Assembly: GCA_029775955.1 (NCBI GenBank) | Contig: JARVJW010000087.1 | Span: 1 to 33,747, forward strand | Source of the DNA: Nitrososphaeria archaeon | Lineage (GTDB): Archaea; Thermoproteota; Nitrososphaeria; Conexivisphaerales; UBA164 | DNA: 33,747 bases | Direction of reading: 5' to 3' | Shown: one piece after another, positions 11,184 to 20,584 of the stretch | How the letters are laid out: every line of letters starts with the position of its first letter | How positions within the stretch are numbered: position 1 is the first letter of the stretch | The notes under the pieces: generated by a model | The model's input: only the letters and a program-made list of their open reading frames with translations | Told to the model about the DNA's origin: nothing | Databases searched by the model: none | Program-made: the position numbers and the translations under genes

Positions 11184-11224
11184 TTAAAGTTAATATTTTT
11201 AAGCGCTTTGTTTAAAGGTATACC
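11184..11224. promoter_or_regulatory. Divergent overlapping TATA promoters for acnA and the UPF0201 gene
   Basis: TTTTTAAG (+, 11196-11203) is 22-29 nt before the acnA ATG; CTTTAAAC (-, 11217-11210) is 27-34 nt before the ATG at 11183. Confidence 0.6.
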
Positions 11225-13837
11225 ATGGATAAAGGACAATTTCTGAGGGAATTTCAGGTACCTGGAGGCGCAAGGGTAAAGTACTATTCAATAATTGAGC
11301 TGGAAAAAATGGGGTACGGCAAGGTTTCCCGCCTACCATATTCTTTAAAGGTTGTACTTGAATCAATGCTCAGAAATTTTGATGGCAAGGCCATAACATG
11401 GGACGATGTAGTATCGCTTGCAAACTGGAACCCTAGAAACCCTGAGGACAGGGACATACCGCTTGTTGTGTCCAGAATTTTGATGCAGGACTTCACTGGG
11501 GTGCCTGCACTTGTGGATCTTGCTGCAATGAGAGATTACATTAAATCAAGGTCGGCAGACCCAGGGATCATAAGGCCTAGCGTGCCCGTTGACCTCATCA
11601 TTGACCATTCAGTTCAAGTGGACCAATACAATTCTACTGAATCGTTCGAGACTAACCTGGACTATGAAATAAAAAGAAACAGTGAAAGGTACACTTTCCT
11701 GAAATGGGCTGGGCAGGCATTTCAGGGATTAAGGATCTTTCCACCCTCAGCTGGCATATGTCACCAGATAAACCTGGAATACCTGGCCAAGCTTGTGATG
11801 GTTTCGCCTGATGGCTTGGCTTACTTTGATTCGCTAGTTGGGACGGATTCTCACACTACAATGATCAACGGAATTGGTGTAGTAGGCTTTGGCGTAGGAG
11901 GAATAGAAGCAGAGGCTGCAATGCTCGGACAACCTATCTCATTTATCATGCCACAGGTTGTTGGAGTTAAATTGATTGGCAAACTCAACGACGGCGTAAC
12001 AGCAACTGACTTGGCGCTTACGTTGACCAGGTTGCTGCGTGAAAAGGGTGTTGTTGGAAAATTTGTTGAGTTCTTTGGTAAAGGGGTGGAAAGCCTTAGC
12101 GTTCCTGATAGGGCTACGGTTTCAAATATGTGCCCCGAATACGGTGCCACTGTTGCGCTCTTCCCGGTTGACAAAATGACTGTTAAGTACCTGAAGCTAA
12201 CGGCCAGAAGTCAGGAGCAGATACAGCTTATAGAGCAGTACTACCGAGAACAGGGCATATATGAAGCTGCTGAATACAGTGAAGTTATAGAGCTGGACCT
12301 TGGAAGCGTCAAACCAAGCCTATCTGGCCCCAGCCAGCCAAAGCAGCAGATGGAACTGAAAGGCGCGCCTGAAAGCTTCGTAAAACAGGTGCTGCAAAGC
12401 CAGCAACCTAGATCATTAAAAGGCATGAAAGATGGTGATATAGTTATAGCTTCAATAACTAGCTGCACAAATACAAGCAACCCTTCGGTCCTCATCATGG
12501 CAGGGCTTGTGGCTAAAAAGGCTGTGGAAATGGGGTTGCATGTTGACACCAGCAAGGTAAAGACTAGCCTTGCCCCAGGGTCCAGGGTTGTCACAGAGTA
12601 CCTAAAAAGGACTGGACTCCTGAGATACCTTGAAGAACTTGGTTTTTATGTCGTTGCATATGGGTGCACCACCTGTATAGGCAACAGTGGACCGCTTGCA
12701 GATGACCTGAGCAGGCTTGTAAACGAGGGCAATATGGCTGTTGTAAGTGTCCTTTCCGGCAATAGGAACTTTGAGGGTAGAATACACAACGATGTAAGGG
12801 CAAATTACCTGATGTCACCACCCCTGGTCGTGGCCTATGCCATTGCAGGAACCATCTTGAAGGACATCACAAAAGAACCGATTGGCATCTCAGATAATGG
12901 GAAAGAGGTTTATCTGCAGGATATATGGCCCTCGACAAATGAGGTAAATGAAATAGTAAAAAATTCCCTTGATGAAGATCTTTTCAGACAAGTGTACAAC
13001 CAAGGCATTTTTAGCATAAATCCGTTGTGGAACAGGTTGGAGACACCCTCAGGCATGACTTACAGCTGGGACGAAAAGAGTACTTACATAAGGAAGCCAC
13101 CATTTTTTGAAGGTATTACAAAAGGACAAAATATAGAGAAAATATCAAACGCTGCAATTCTGGCAATTTTTGGAGATTCAATATCCACTGACCACATATC
13201 ACCAGCTGGAGCAATAATGCCTGAAAGCCCAGCCGGCAGATACCTTAAATCTCTGGGCGTTCCCATAACTGAATTCAACACATATGGTGCTAGAAGGGGT
13301 AATCATGAAGTGATGATGCGTGGCACTTTTGCAAACAGGCACATAAGGAACCTCCTCCTTGAAAATACAGAAGGCGGGCTTACGCTTCATTTTCCTGATA
13401 AACAGCTAATGAGCATATATGATGCTGCAATGAAGTACAGGGATGAAGGCCGCCCGCTTGTGATTATAGCTGGCAAGGAATACGGGTCAGGTAGTTCCAG
13501 AGACTGGGCAGCCAAGGGACCTGCGCTTCTTGGTGTAAGGGCAGTTATGGCTGAAAGCTTTGAAAGAATACACAGGTCTAACCTTATCGGCATGGGCATA
13601 ATTCCACTGCAGTTCAAGTCAAACTATAAGAGCTTGGACATCGATGCATCTAAGCCACTCTCAATAACTATAGAAAAGAGGCCCAGAGGGAGGGCTGTCA
13701 TGATGTACTGCAAAAAGGATGGCCAAGATGGAAAAGCCGAATTGATTTCAAGAATAGATTCCGAGCTTGAAATGAATTATGTAACAGCGGGTGGTATATT
13801 GAACTTTGTAGTGTCCAGAATCGCCGGGTCCTTATAA
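11225..13837 (+). CDS. acnA: Aconitate hydratase A
   Basis: MQDFTGVPA, IIDHSVQVD, GTDSHT, ITSCTNTSNP, YGCTTCIGNSG, STDHISPAG, YGSGSSRDWAAKG. Confidence 0.97.
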   Translation: MDKGQFLREFQVPGGARVKYYSIIELEKMGYGKVSRLPYSLKVVLESMLRNFDGKAITWDDVVSLANWNPRNPEDRDIPLVVSRILMQDFTGVPALVDLAAMRDYIKSRSADPGIIRPSVPVDLIIDHSVQVDQYNSTESFETNLDYEIKRNSERYTFLKWAGQAFQGLRIFPPSAGICHQINLEYLAKLVMVSPDGLAYFDSLVGTDSHTTMINGIGVVGFGVGGIEAEAAMLGQPISFIMPQVVGVKLIGKLNDGVTATDLALTLTRLLREKGVVGKFVEFFGKGVESLSVPDRATVSNMCPEYGATVALFPVDKMTVKYLKLTARSQEQIQLIEQYYREQGIYEAAEYSEVIELDLGSVKPSLSGPSQPKQQMELKGAPESFVKQVLQSQQPRSLKGMKDGDIVIASITSCTNTSNPSVLIMAGLVAKKAVEMGLHVDTSKVKTSLAPGSRVVTEYLKRTGLLRYLEELGFYVVAYGCTTCIGNSGPLADDLSRLVNEGNMAVVSVLSGNRNFEGRIHNDVRANYLMSPPLVVAYAIAGTILKDITKEPIGISDNGKEVYLQDIWPSTNEVNEIVKNSLDEDLFRQVYNQGIFSINPLWNRLETPSGMTYSWDEKSTYIRKPPFFEGITKGQNIEKISNAAILAIFGDSISTDHISPAGAIMPESPAGRYLKSLGVPITEFNTYGARRGNHEVMMRGTFANRHIRNLLLENTEGGLTLHFPDKQLMSIYDAAMKYRDEGRPLVIIAGKEYGSGSSRDWAAKGPALLGVRAVMAESFERIHRSNLIGMGIIPLQFKSNYKSLDIDASKPLSITIEKRPRGRAVMMYCKKDGQDGKAELISRIDSELEMNYVTAGGILNFVVSRIAGSL

Positions 13838-13839
13838 AA

Positions 13840-14868
13840 TTGTGGAAAGTAGCTGTAATTGAGGGAGATGGGATAGGCCCTGAGGTGATTTCCGCTACAG
13901 TTAATGTTATAAATGCTATAAATGATATTTACAAGCTTCCGATTGAACTTGAGTTTTTGGAAGCCGGGCTTGGTGCCTATAAAAAGTATGGCACAAATCT
14001 GCCAAAGCAATCTATGGATAAGCTATTTGATTCAGATTGTGCCCTGAAGGGGCCAACCACATCCCTAGAGGGGTTTGGAACTGAGCTTGGAGTGCCTGTA
14101 AAGATAAGAAAGATGTTTAACCTGTATGCAAACATAAGGCCCTTTAAACCCCTCCCAAGGTCAAGCAGCTTGGCTAAGCTTGATGTGCTTATAGTGCGGG
14201 AAAACACCGAAGGCTCATATTCTGGGCTTGAGTACAGGGTTTCAGACCAGGTTGCGTTTGGCATTAGAATAACCACCAGAAGCGCGGCTGAAAAAATTTT
14301 CAAGGTAGCATTCAGCATGGCAGAAAAACGCAAAAAAAAGGTAACATTAGCCCATAAGGCCAATGTATTAAAGGCAACTGACGGGCTTTATAAGGAAGTT
14401 TTCCTGAATGAAGCCAGAAGGCACCCCGAAGTTCTAGCAGAAGATGCTCATGTAGACGCCCTTGCCCATTGGCTCATTTTAAAGCCAGAATTTTACGACG
14501 TAATAGTTACTGAAAACCTGTATGGGGATATAATTTCTGATGAGGCAGCTGCACTCGTTGGGGGGCTTGGGCTTGCAGCTTCCGCAAACCTTGGCGACAA
14601 ATATGCCATGTTTGAACCGGTTCATGGCTCTGCACCTGACATTGCAGGCAAAGGAATATCAAATCCTGTGGCTGCCATGCTGTCATTTAAAATGATGCTG
14701 GAGTGGATGGGTTACCCTGAAGTTGCGTGGGCCCTGGAATCTGCCATAAATCAAACGCTTACGGAAGGCGAAAAATTGACGCCTGACATGGGTGGCTCAG
14801 GAAAAACTGAAGATATTGAAAAAAAGGTAATCAGTAACTTGCAGAAAAACCTTCATAACATTGGTTAG
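13840..14868 (+). CDS. Isocitrate/isopropylmalate-family beta-decarboxylating dehydrogenase
   Basis: IEGDGIGPEV, LYANIRP, RENTEG.Y, HKANV, NLYGDIISD, FEPVHGSAPDIAGKG; TTG start 2 nt after the acnA stop. Confidence 0.92.
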   Translation: MWKVAVIEGDGIGPEVISATVNVINAINDIYKLPIELEFLEAGLGAYKKYGTNLPKQSMDKLFDSDCALKGPTTSLEGFGTELGVPVKIRKMFNLYANIRPFKPLPRSSSLAKLDVLIVRENTEGSYSGLEYRVSDQVAFGIRITTRSAAEKIFKVAFSMAEKRKKKVTLAHKANVLKATDGLYKEVFLNEARRHPEVLAEDAHVDALAHWLILKPEFYDVIVTENLYGDIISDEAAALVGGLGLAASANLGDKYAMFEPVHGSAPDIAGKGISNPVAAMLSFKMMLEWMGYPEVAWALESAINQTLTEGEKLTPDMGGSGKTEDIEKKVISNLQKNLHNIG

Positions 14869-14927
14869 TATTGACGTAGGCTACAGTTTCAATGTAGATA
14901 AATTTAAATATTGGTAAATATAGAAGT

Positions 14928-15174
14928 ATATCTAAAGTGATAATCGCTTATGAAGACAGGCTTGCAAGGTTTGGTATTGAAACTTTAAAGAAAACGTTCA
15001 CAACTTTCGGAACAGAAGTAGTGAACCATGAAGACTCAAGGAGAACTTGTTGAAGACTTAATTACGACAGTTTCTCACTTTGCTGGAAGGCTCTATGGAA
15101 TGAGAAGCCATAGGTATGGGGAGGTTATTGATGGTGTCAAGAAGCTTGTTGGTCAAAGCATCAATGCCACATGA
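14928..15174 (+). pseudogene. tnpA: IS607-family serine-recombinase TnpA, 5'-truncated and frameshifted
   Basis: Own translation: [20 protein letters not shown], then after a frameshift [23 protein letters not shown]. Confidence 0.88.
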
Positions 15175-16170
15175 CCTTGAGGTAAATGGGCTTATAGAGG
15201 ATTACATGCACAAACTCTATCCTGGATGAGTTATGGAAGAGGAAGGATAAGGCTTTTGGAAAAAGGCTTAGTACCTTGAAGGATGGCCCTATTCCAAGCA
15301 TTACGTGGACTCAGCAATAAAACAGGCTTATTCCGTGCTTAAATCGTGGAGGAAAGGATACATTCGTGGGCGAGCAGGAAGAAATAGGCCTGAACTGAAG
15401 ATCCGTTAGAGTCAATGAAACGCTTTACAGTTACAGGAATAGGATTCAGTGAAACCTTACGAAGAGAGTATAGATTTGAGGAGGGCGTGGTGTTGGGATA
15501 AATGGCTTAGGCGAACTCATACAGCCTAACCGTTAGAAAAAAAACAGGACTAAAGGTTGAAAAACCGATATCATGGGACACAAACCTCCTAGATGGCTAT
15601 GATGGCGAAAGGCATCATTCAATAAATTTGAAGGAAATTTACACTATACACAGAACATATGAGCTGAAGAGAAGAATTATCCAGAGGCTTCCAGAACTAA
15701 AAAGAGGTTCCTTAATACAGTTCAAGGAAGAACAGGGTCAATAGCATTTTGCATAAACTTGCAAAACAATTATCAGATGGGACAAACGTGTTCGAGGATT
15801 TAAGAAACTTCAAGGGAAAAATAGCTAGGACAAAAAGCAGAATAGCAAACACGATTATATAAAGCTCTGTAGAATATAAGTCAGCATTGAATGGGTATGA
15901 GACTGGCTTATGGTACATCAAAAACCTGCTCCAGATGCGGGTATTATAATAAAGGGGGGCAAGCACATTCAAATTGCGGGCTTATAATCGATAGGCAGGA
16001 AAATGCATCAATAAACATAGGAACAAATTCCTTTGTGGGGAGTTATGGGTTCCCCCCGAAAGGAGCCAAGCTCGATGAGTTCTCCGATGAACCCAGAGGA
16101 TGATAAGAGCGATGAGGCTCAGGGACTGAGTATGGATTCCATGTATATCCATACTTAATTCAGAATCCAT
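15131..16170 (+). pseudogene. tnpB: TnpB of the IS607 element, fragmented, plus its 3' end region
   Basis: WPYSKHYVDSAIKQAYSVLKSWRK, ISWDTN (RuvC-I), FEDL (RuvC-II), TSKTCSRCG zinc finger, DRQENASINI (RuvC-III); several stops and frameshifts. Confidence 0.9.
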
Positions 16171-16249
16171 CATTGAATATATTTTTGTAGTTTCTTGAAA
16201 TTATTGATGTTTTGTTTCATGTTCTATCTATCTGCCCTCAATTGTTGAA

Positions 16250-16975
16250 GGCTACACTAGCAGCTTCGGCGTTTGTCCCAATTCATGTGGAATGCCTGCA
16301 CTGGTTTTTCCAGCCTGTCGAGATCCAATGGCATATGCAGGCCTTCTTTCATTATAGTATGTGATGTACTTCACTGAATAGAAGTGTTTGACCCTGAACT
16401 GTAGAAAGCCTTTCCATTTGATTGAGGACACCCAACCCTTTCCAATATATGCCCAGTTTGACAAGGTATTCCTGGAATTAGGTTATGCCAGGTGCCTTAT
16501 TATCTTTATAGTTTGCGAAAAAACGCAAAATATATCTGTAATTATTGCCCAAGGCTTGCTCCATGTTGCTATTGCTTTATTAAGCATTGTCATTTGTGGC
16601 CTCGTAAAATAGGCCTCGATGCGTCGTGTAGGCTAACCACTTATCCTTTAACCTGTACATCATAATTTATGTAGCGGAGTGCTTTCATATTTTCACCTTT
16701 CTCAGATGCAGCAAGCCCGTTACCTTCGTGCTGTGTATGTGATAACTCTACGTTGTTAGTCATCTGCATGGTAAGGCGCTTACGAACATAAAGTGGTTTC
16801 AGATTTTTCCAATTGTGAAGTCATTTTAGGGCTTCGTGTGCGGGCATTTTGCAAGCGTTCATAAATACTGGCAGTCTAATCCTTGACTGGTCACACCATG
16901 CAATGCTGCCTGTGCCATTATTCCGTCTACCTTTCTTCTGATTATCCAACGTATCTTGGCATCTGTAAGCTTCAT
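16250..16975 (-). pseudogene. IS481-like (rve integrase-core) transposase, decayed
   Basis: Minus-strand fragments: MKLTDAKIRWIIRRK, WLAY..DASR, KPWAIITD, FQEYLVKLGI, GCPQSNGK, YYNERRP..LDLDRLEKPVQAF. Confidence 0.75.
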
Positions 16976-17066
16976 TGCGGGCCTATGGTAGCAGCGCGTT
17001 AATAATAAAAAGATAAATTGAACATATTTTAGAAATATTTATTAAATAAGCTGTTGAATAATCTGT

Positions 17067-17300
17067 ATGCCAATAGCTTTTGTACTTTTGACTGTGGAAC
17101 CTGGAAAAGAGGAAGACGTTTTGAATAGGCTTAAATCATTGCCTGAGATTATGGAAGCTCATAGGGTTTATGGCGTTTATGATACAGTAGTTAAGGTAAA
17201 TGCACCAACTCCAGAGAAGCTCAAGGAAATTATTACATGGAAAGTTAGAAAAGTAGAGAATGTTAAATCTACCCTTACAATGCTAGTTGTAGAACAGTAA
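17067..17300 (+). CDS. Stand-alone Lrp/AsnC ligand-binding (RAM) domain protein
   Basis: AFVLLTVEPGKEEDV...VYGVYDTVVKV...STLTMLV; no HTH; TATA-like TTTATTAA upstream. Confidence 0.92.
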   Translation: MPIAFVLLTVEPGKEEDVLNRLKSLPEIMEAHRVYGVYDTVVKVNAPTPEKLKEIITWKVRKVENVKSTLTMLVVEQ

Positions 17301-17307
17301 CAAAATT

Positions 17308-18237
17308 TTAACCCAGATATTGGGATGGAACTTGCTTAAGGTTGCTTTTTATTGCTTCTATGCTTTCATTGAACTTCTTCTTCTGTTCCTGAGTTAGGTC
17401 AACTTCGACAATTTTTTCTGCACCACCTTTCCCTAGCACAACTGGAACCTGGGCAAAGATGCCCTTAATTGAATATTCACCATCCAGGTACACGCTTGCC
17501 TCCACTACTGTTTTTCTGTCCCTTTTAATGGCGTCAACCATCACCAGAAGACCTGCTGCCGGACCCCAGTTGCTGCTGAACTTTCTCAGATTAGTTATCT
17601 GAGCCCCAGCTTCGACTGTGTCCTTCACAACGCTATTATATTGTTCCTCTGACAGGAAGTTCTTCAGGTTCTTGCCATAAACCGAAGAAAGCTCTGGAAC
17701 TGGGTACATGTTCTCTCCATGCTGTCCCAGCACAAGCGGTATTATTGAAGATGGGGAAATTCCAATATAACGTGATGCATTGTACGCCATCCTTCTCGAA
17801 TCCAGAACGCCGCTAAATCCTATCACCCTGTTCCTGGGAAACTTTAACCTGTTATACAACACTGTTACCATCGCATCAAGTGGATTTGTTGTAATAATGA
17901 CTGTTGCATTTGGAGCGTTTTTGCGAACCTGTTCAGCAACTCCGGCTATTATTTCTGAGTTCTTTGCTGCAAGCTCTTCACGGGTCATGCCAGGCTTCCT
18001 AGCAAGGCCTGCTGTAATTATCACTATATCGCTTCCTTTTATATCTTCGTAATTATTTGAGCCTATTACGCTTACTGACCTTCCTAGTATCGCTGCAGCA
18101 TGATTTATATCGAGGGCCTCGCCCTGAGGCAATCCCTCAACAATATCCACCAAAACTATTTTGCTGTCTGCTTCACCCATCATGAGAAACGCAGCTGTAG
18201 TCGCTCCTACCTTACCGGCACCTATTACAGAAATCAT
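17308..18237 (-). CDS. mdh: Malate dehydrogenase (LDH-like)
   Basis: IGAGKVG, TAGLARKPGMTR (specificity Arg), TNPLD, LDSRR, LGQHG. Confidence 0.93.
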   Translation of the reverse strand: MISVIGAGKVGATTAAFLMMGEADSKIVLVDIVEGLPQGEALDINHAAAILGRSVSVIGSNNYEDIKGSDIVIITAGLARKPGMTREELAAKNSEIIAGVAEQVRKNAPNATVIITTNPLDAMVTVLYNRLKFPRNRVIGFSGVLDSRRMAYNASRYIGISPSSIIPLVLGQHGENMYPVPELSSVYGKNLKNFLSEEQYNSVVKDTVEAGAQITNLRKFSSNWGPAAGLLVMVDAIKRDRKTVVEASVYLDGEYSIKGIFAQVPVVLGKGGAEKIVEVDLTQEQKKKFNESIEAIKSNLKQVPSQYLG

Positions 18238-18285
18238 GTCAAATGTTTGCCCGTTGCTCGTTATATATGTTTCTGCAATAGCAAG

Positions 18286-20433
18286 TTAAGAAAATTCAGA
18301 TAAGGACAGCTGATTGTCGGATTTAAGCATGCCCTGAAACCTTTCCAGAATCAATTCTACCTCTTCCTTTTCATCGTTTTCGAGTTCCTCAGCAATATTT
18401 CTCAAAGATATTATAATTGCATTAAGCTGTTCTGTGTCAAATTCAGGTGACAGTTCTGAACCGCATTTGGGGCAACGATAACTTATTGGTGGAATCGAAA
18501 AATGTAATCCGCACTTTTGACAAAAGTGAGCCTGATTGTTGTACATTCTCTCCACTGCCATGAGCGTTTTTACCAGGTTAGGAACGGCGGATTTTTTATC
18601 CTTTAATGACAGGATGAGTTGCATGAGCGATTTAGAAAGGTCAACAATATTTTCTGCGGATTGCTTGGCAGGGTAATCAATTCTAATTTTGGGTAGCGTT
18701 TTAAGCAAACCAGCGTCATACACGTTGAGGTATCTTGGCGGAGCGCAATATTTTCCAGAATAATTTAAAACTACATCCTCTTCAAGAGAAATGTATAAGC
18801 TGTTGTTTCTAAGGCCCATGCATAGCGCTCTCATAATGCCAGGATTTACAAGAACTTCGCTACCTATTTCCCTGACCTTTAATCTTATTCCTGCACTTAA
18901 ATCCCTGTTAAGTAAAATGATGTTATGGCCTTTAAGTTGGTCAGGTGAATACTCGTAAAATATCTTCTTCCCACCATATATTTCCTCAATTTCTGCATCA
19001 ATTAACTTTGCTACATCCAACAAAGAAGATGCCAGCCGATGGGGTATTATTATTTCATCTCCATCCAGGTCTGCCGCCTCCACATGAATGGGAAATGCAC
19101 TTATCCCGCACTCTGAAGCCATTATTGATGCACGACGCCTTAAAATAGCCTTCCTTATGTCCTCTATTTCTCCAACTGATTTATCAGGAAAAGCTAGATC
19201 AAGGCGCATGTCTATGTTGAGCTTTTTATTTGCCAACCTTAGCGATTCCGACAGAATTGCGTCATTTTTGGGCATATCGCTGGCAGTGGAACCACAAATG
19301 GGGCATATCTGTGAAACAACAGGTTTGCCGCATTTACTACAAAAGTAAAGCTTTTCTGTCCTTGAGCCGCACTTTTCACATATTTTGAACGGCGTTGCCC
19401 TTTGGCACCTGCTGCAGTACCTGATTGTGACCTCAGAAATCAACTGTCCCCTGACAGGCACTATGCCGTGATACCTGTTTATATCCTTCCCATTGTCATT
19501 TTGTTCTACTATTTCAATTGGACCAATGCTATTATTCAGTACCTTTACACCAACCAGCTTTCCATCAAGCATTGCTTGTAGTATTGGGCCAAAAGATTTG
19601 TCTGTTACAACAATTGATTCATTTTTTGAAGATGCCAGCATGCCTGAATTTATAAGGTATGCGTAAACCACTGGCGATGGTTGAAATTCAAGGTTCCCTT
19701 TACTAAGTTTTAGGATCTCAGGTGGAGGTGGAGGGATTGAGTAGTTTGGATGAAGTGTTCTATTTTTAAGTCCCAAGTTTATCGCTTCGTCAGGCGTATC
19801 AGGTATTTTCCCCTTTATTCTGTACCCAACAATTCTACCAGCCAGTTTTGCAGGAAGAATTATGTTTCCTAAATTTATCAACTGTGACCCCTTTTCACAT
19901 GGATATATATCATAATTTGAACTGCATAGAGGACCCCTCACATCAGGTGAAAAATACAGTCTAAGGCCAACTCCACTAATTTTGATATAATATGAAGTTG
20001 ATTTGAGGTTCATGCGATGCGCTATGTCTGAATTCATAAATGCTGCATCCGCGCTATAATCCATAAATGTCGCCCTTAGCAAGCCTGGCAAGTAAATCCT
20101 GTTTGCAGGCCTAAACGTTGTCTGAAAAGCTGCCGTGGGGTACAACTTACTGATTTTGCCGGCTATGAAATGCAGGGAAGGGCCGAACAATTTTAAAGTT
20201 CTCCTGGAGGCACCCCGTTCACTGAAATATATCTTATTTTCATAGTGGCCCCCAGTTATCTTCTCAAGCTCTTGTGTGAGCCAAACGTTAAGTTCATTTA
20301 TATTCTGCACGTCCTTTATTTCATGATTTCCAATTTCATTTTTTCGCTCATAGAATGATTTGTAGAATGATAAGTTGGGAGCTGGATCAGCCATTGCTTT
20401 TTCACGCATTTTTATAAGTTCATCATACCCCAT
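18286..20433 (-). CDS. polC: Divergent, shortened DNA polymerase D large subunit (DP2) homologue, predicted catalytically inactive
   Basis: DP2-like blocks in the expected order: ADP.P, LINLGNIIL, EAI...LHPNYS, HGIVPV, 8-Cys zinc cluster, EDIRKAILR, LLDVAKLIDAEIEEIYG..FY...QLKGH, SAGI, DVVLNYS.KY, QAHFCQKC...PP...CPKCG, terminal QLSLSEF. Confidence 0.85.
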   Translation of the reverse strand: MGYDELIKMREKAMADPAPNLSFYKSFYERKNEIGNHEIKDVQNINELNVWLTQELEKITGGHYENKIYFSERGASRRTLKLFGPSLHFIAGKISKLYPTAAFQTTFRPANRIYLPGLLRATFMDYSADAAFMNSDIAHRMNLKSTSYYIKISGVGLRLYFSPDVRGPLCSSNYDIYPCEKGSQLINLGNIILPAKLAGRIVGYRIKGKIPDTPDEAINLGLKNRTLHPNYSIPPPPPEILKLSKGNLEFQPSPVVYAYLINSGMLASSKNESIVVTDKSFGPILQAMLDGKLVGVKVLNNSIGPIEIVEQNDNGKDINRYHGIVPVRGQLISEVTIRYCSRCQRATPFKICEKCGSRTEKLYFCSKCGKPVVSQICPICGSTASDMPKNDAILSESLRLANKKLNIDMRLDLAFPDKSVGEIEDIRKAILRRRASIMASECGISAFPIHVEAADLDGDEIIIPHRLASSLLDVAKLIDAEIEEIYGGKKIFYEYSPDQLKGHNIILLNRDLSAGIRLKVREIGSEVLVNPGIMRALCMGLRNNSLYISLEEDVVLNYSGKYCAPPRYLNVYDAGLLKTLPKIRIDYPAKQSAENIVDLSKSLMQLILSLKDKKSAVPNLVKTLMAVERMYNNQAHFCQKCGLHFSIPPISYRCPKCGSELSPEFDTEQLNAIIISLRNIAEELENDEKEEVELILERFQGMLKSDNQLSLSEFS

Positions 20434-20584
20434 GGTTCACCTAATGGGGTTTGGTGTTAAAAAGGCAACGGGAGCTGCTGCGGGTGTTTAAACCGTTGTC
20501 CAACATCTAACATATAGTTATAAACTAGAATCATGAAAAGCTACTGGATAAGTTTATTAACGGCCTGTTGATTTTAAAAGGTTT

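Noticed and set aside
14886..14893. GTTTCAAT/ATTGAAAC resembling the end of a CRISPR repeat
   Set aside because: No regularly spaced repeats with spacers and no cas genes anywhere in the window
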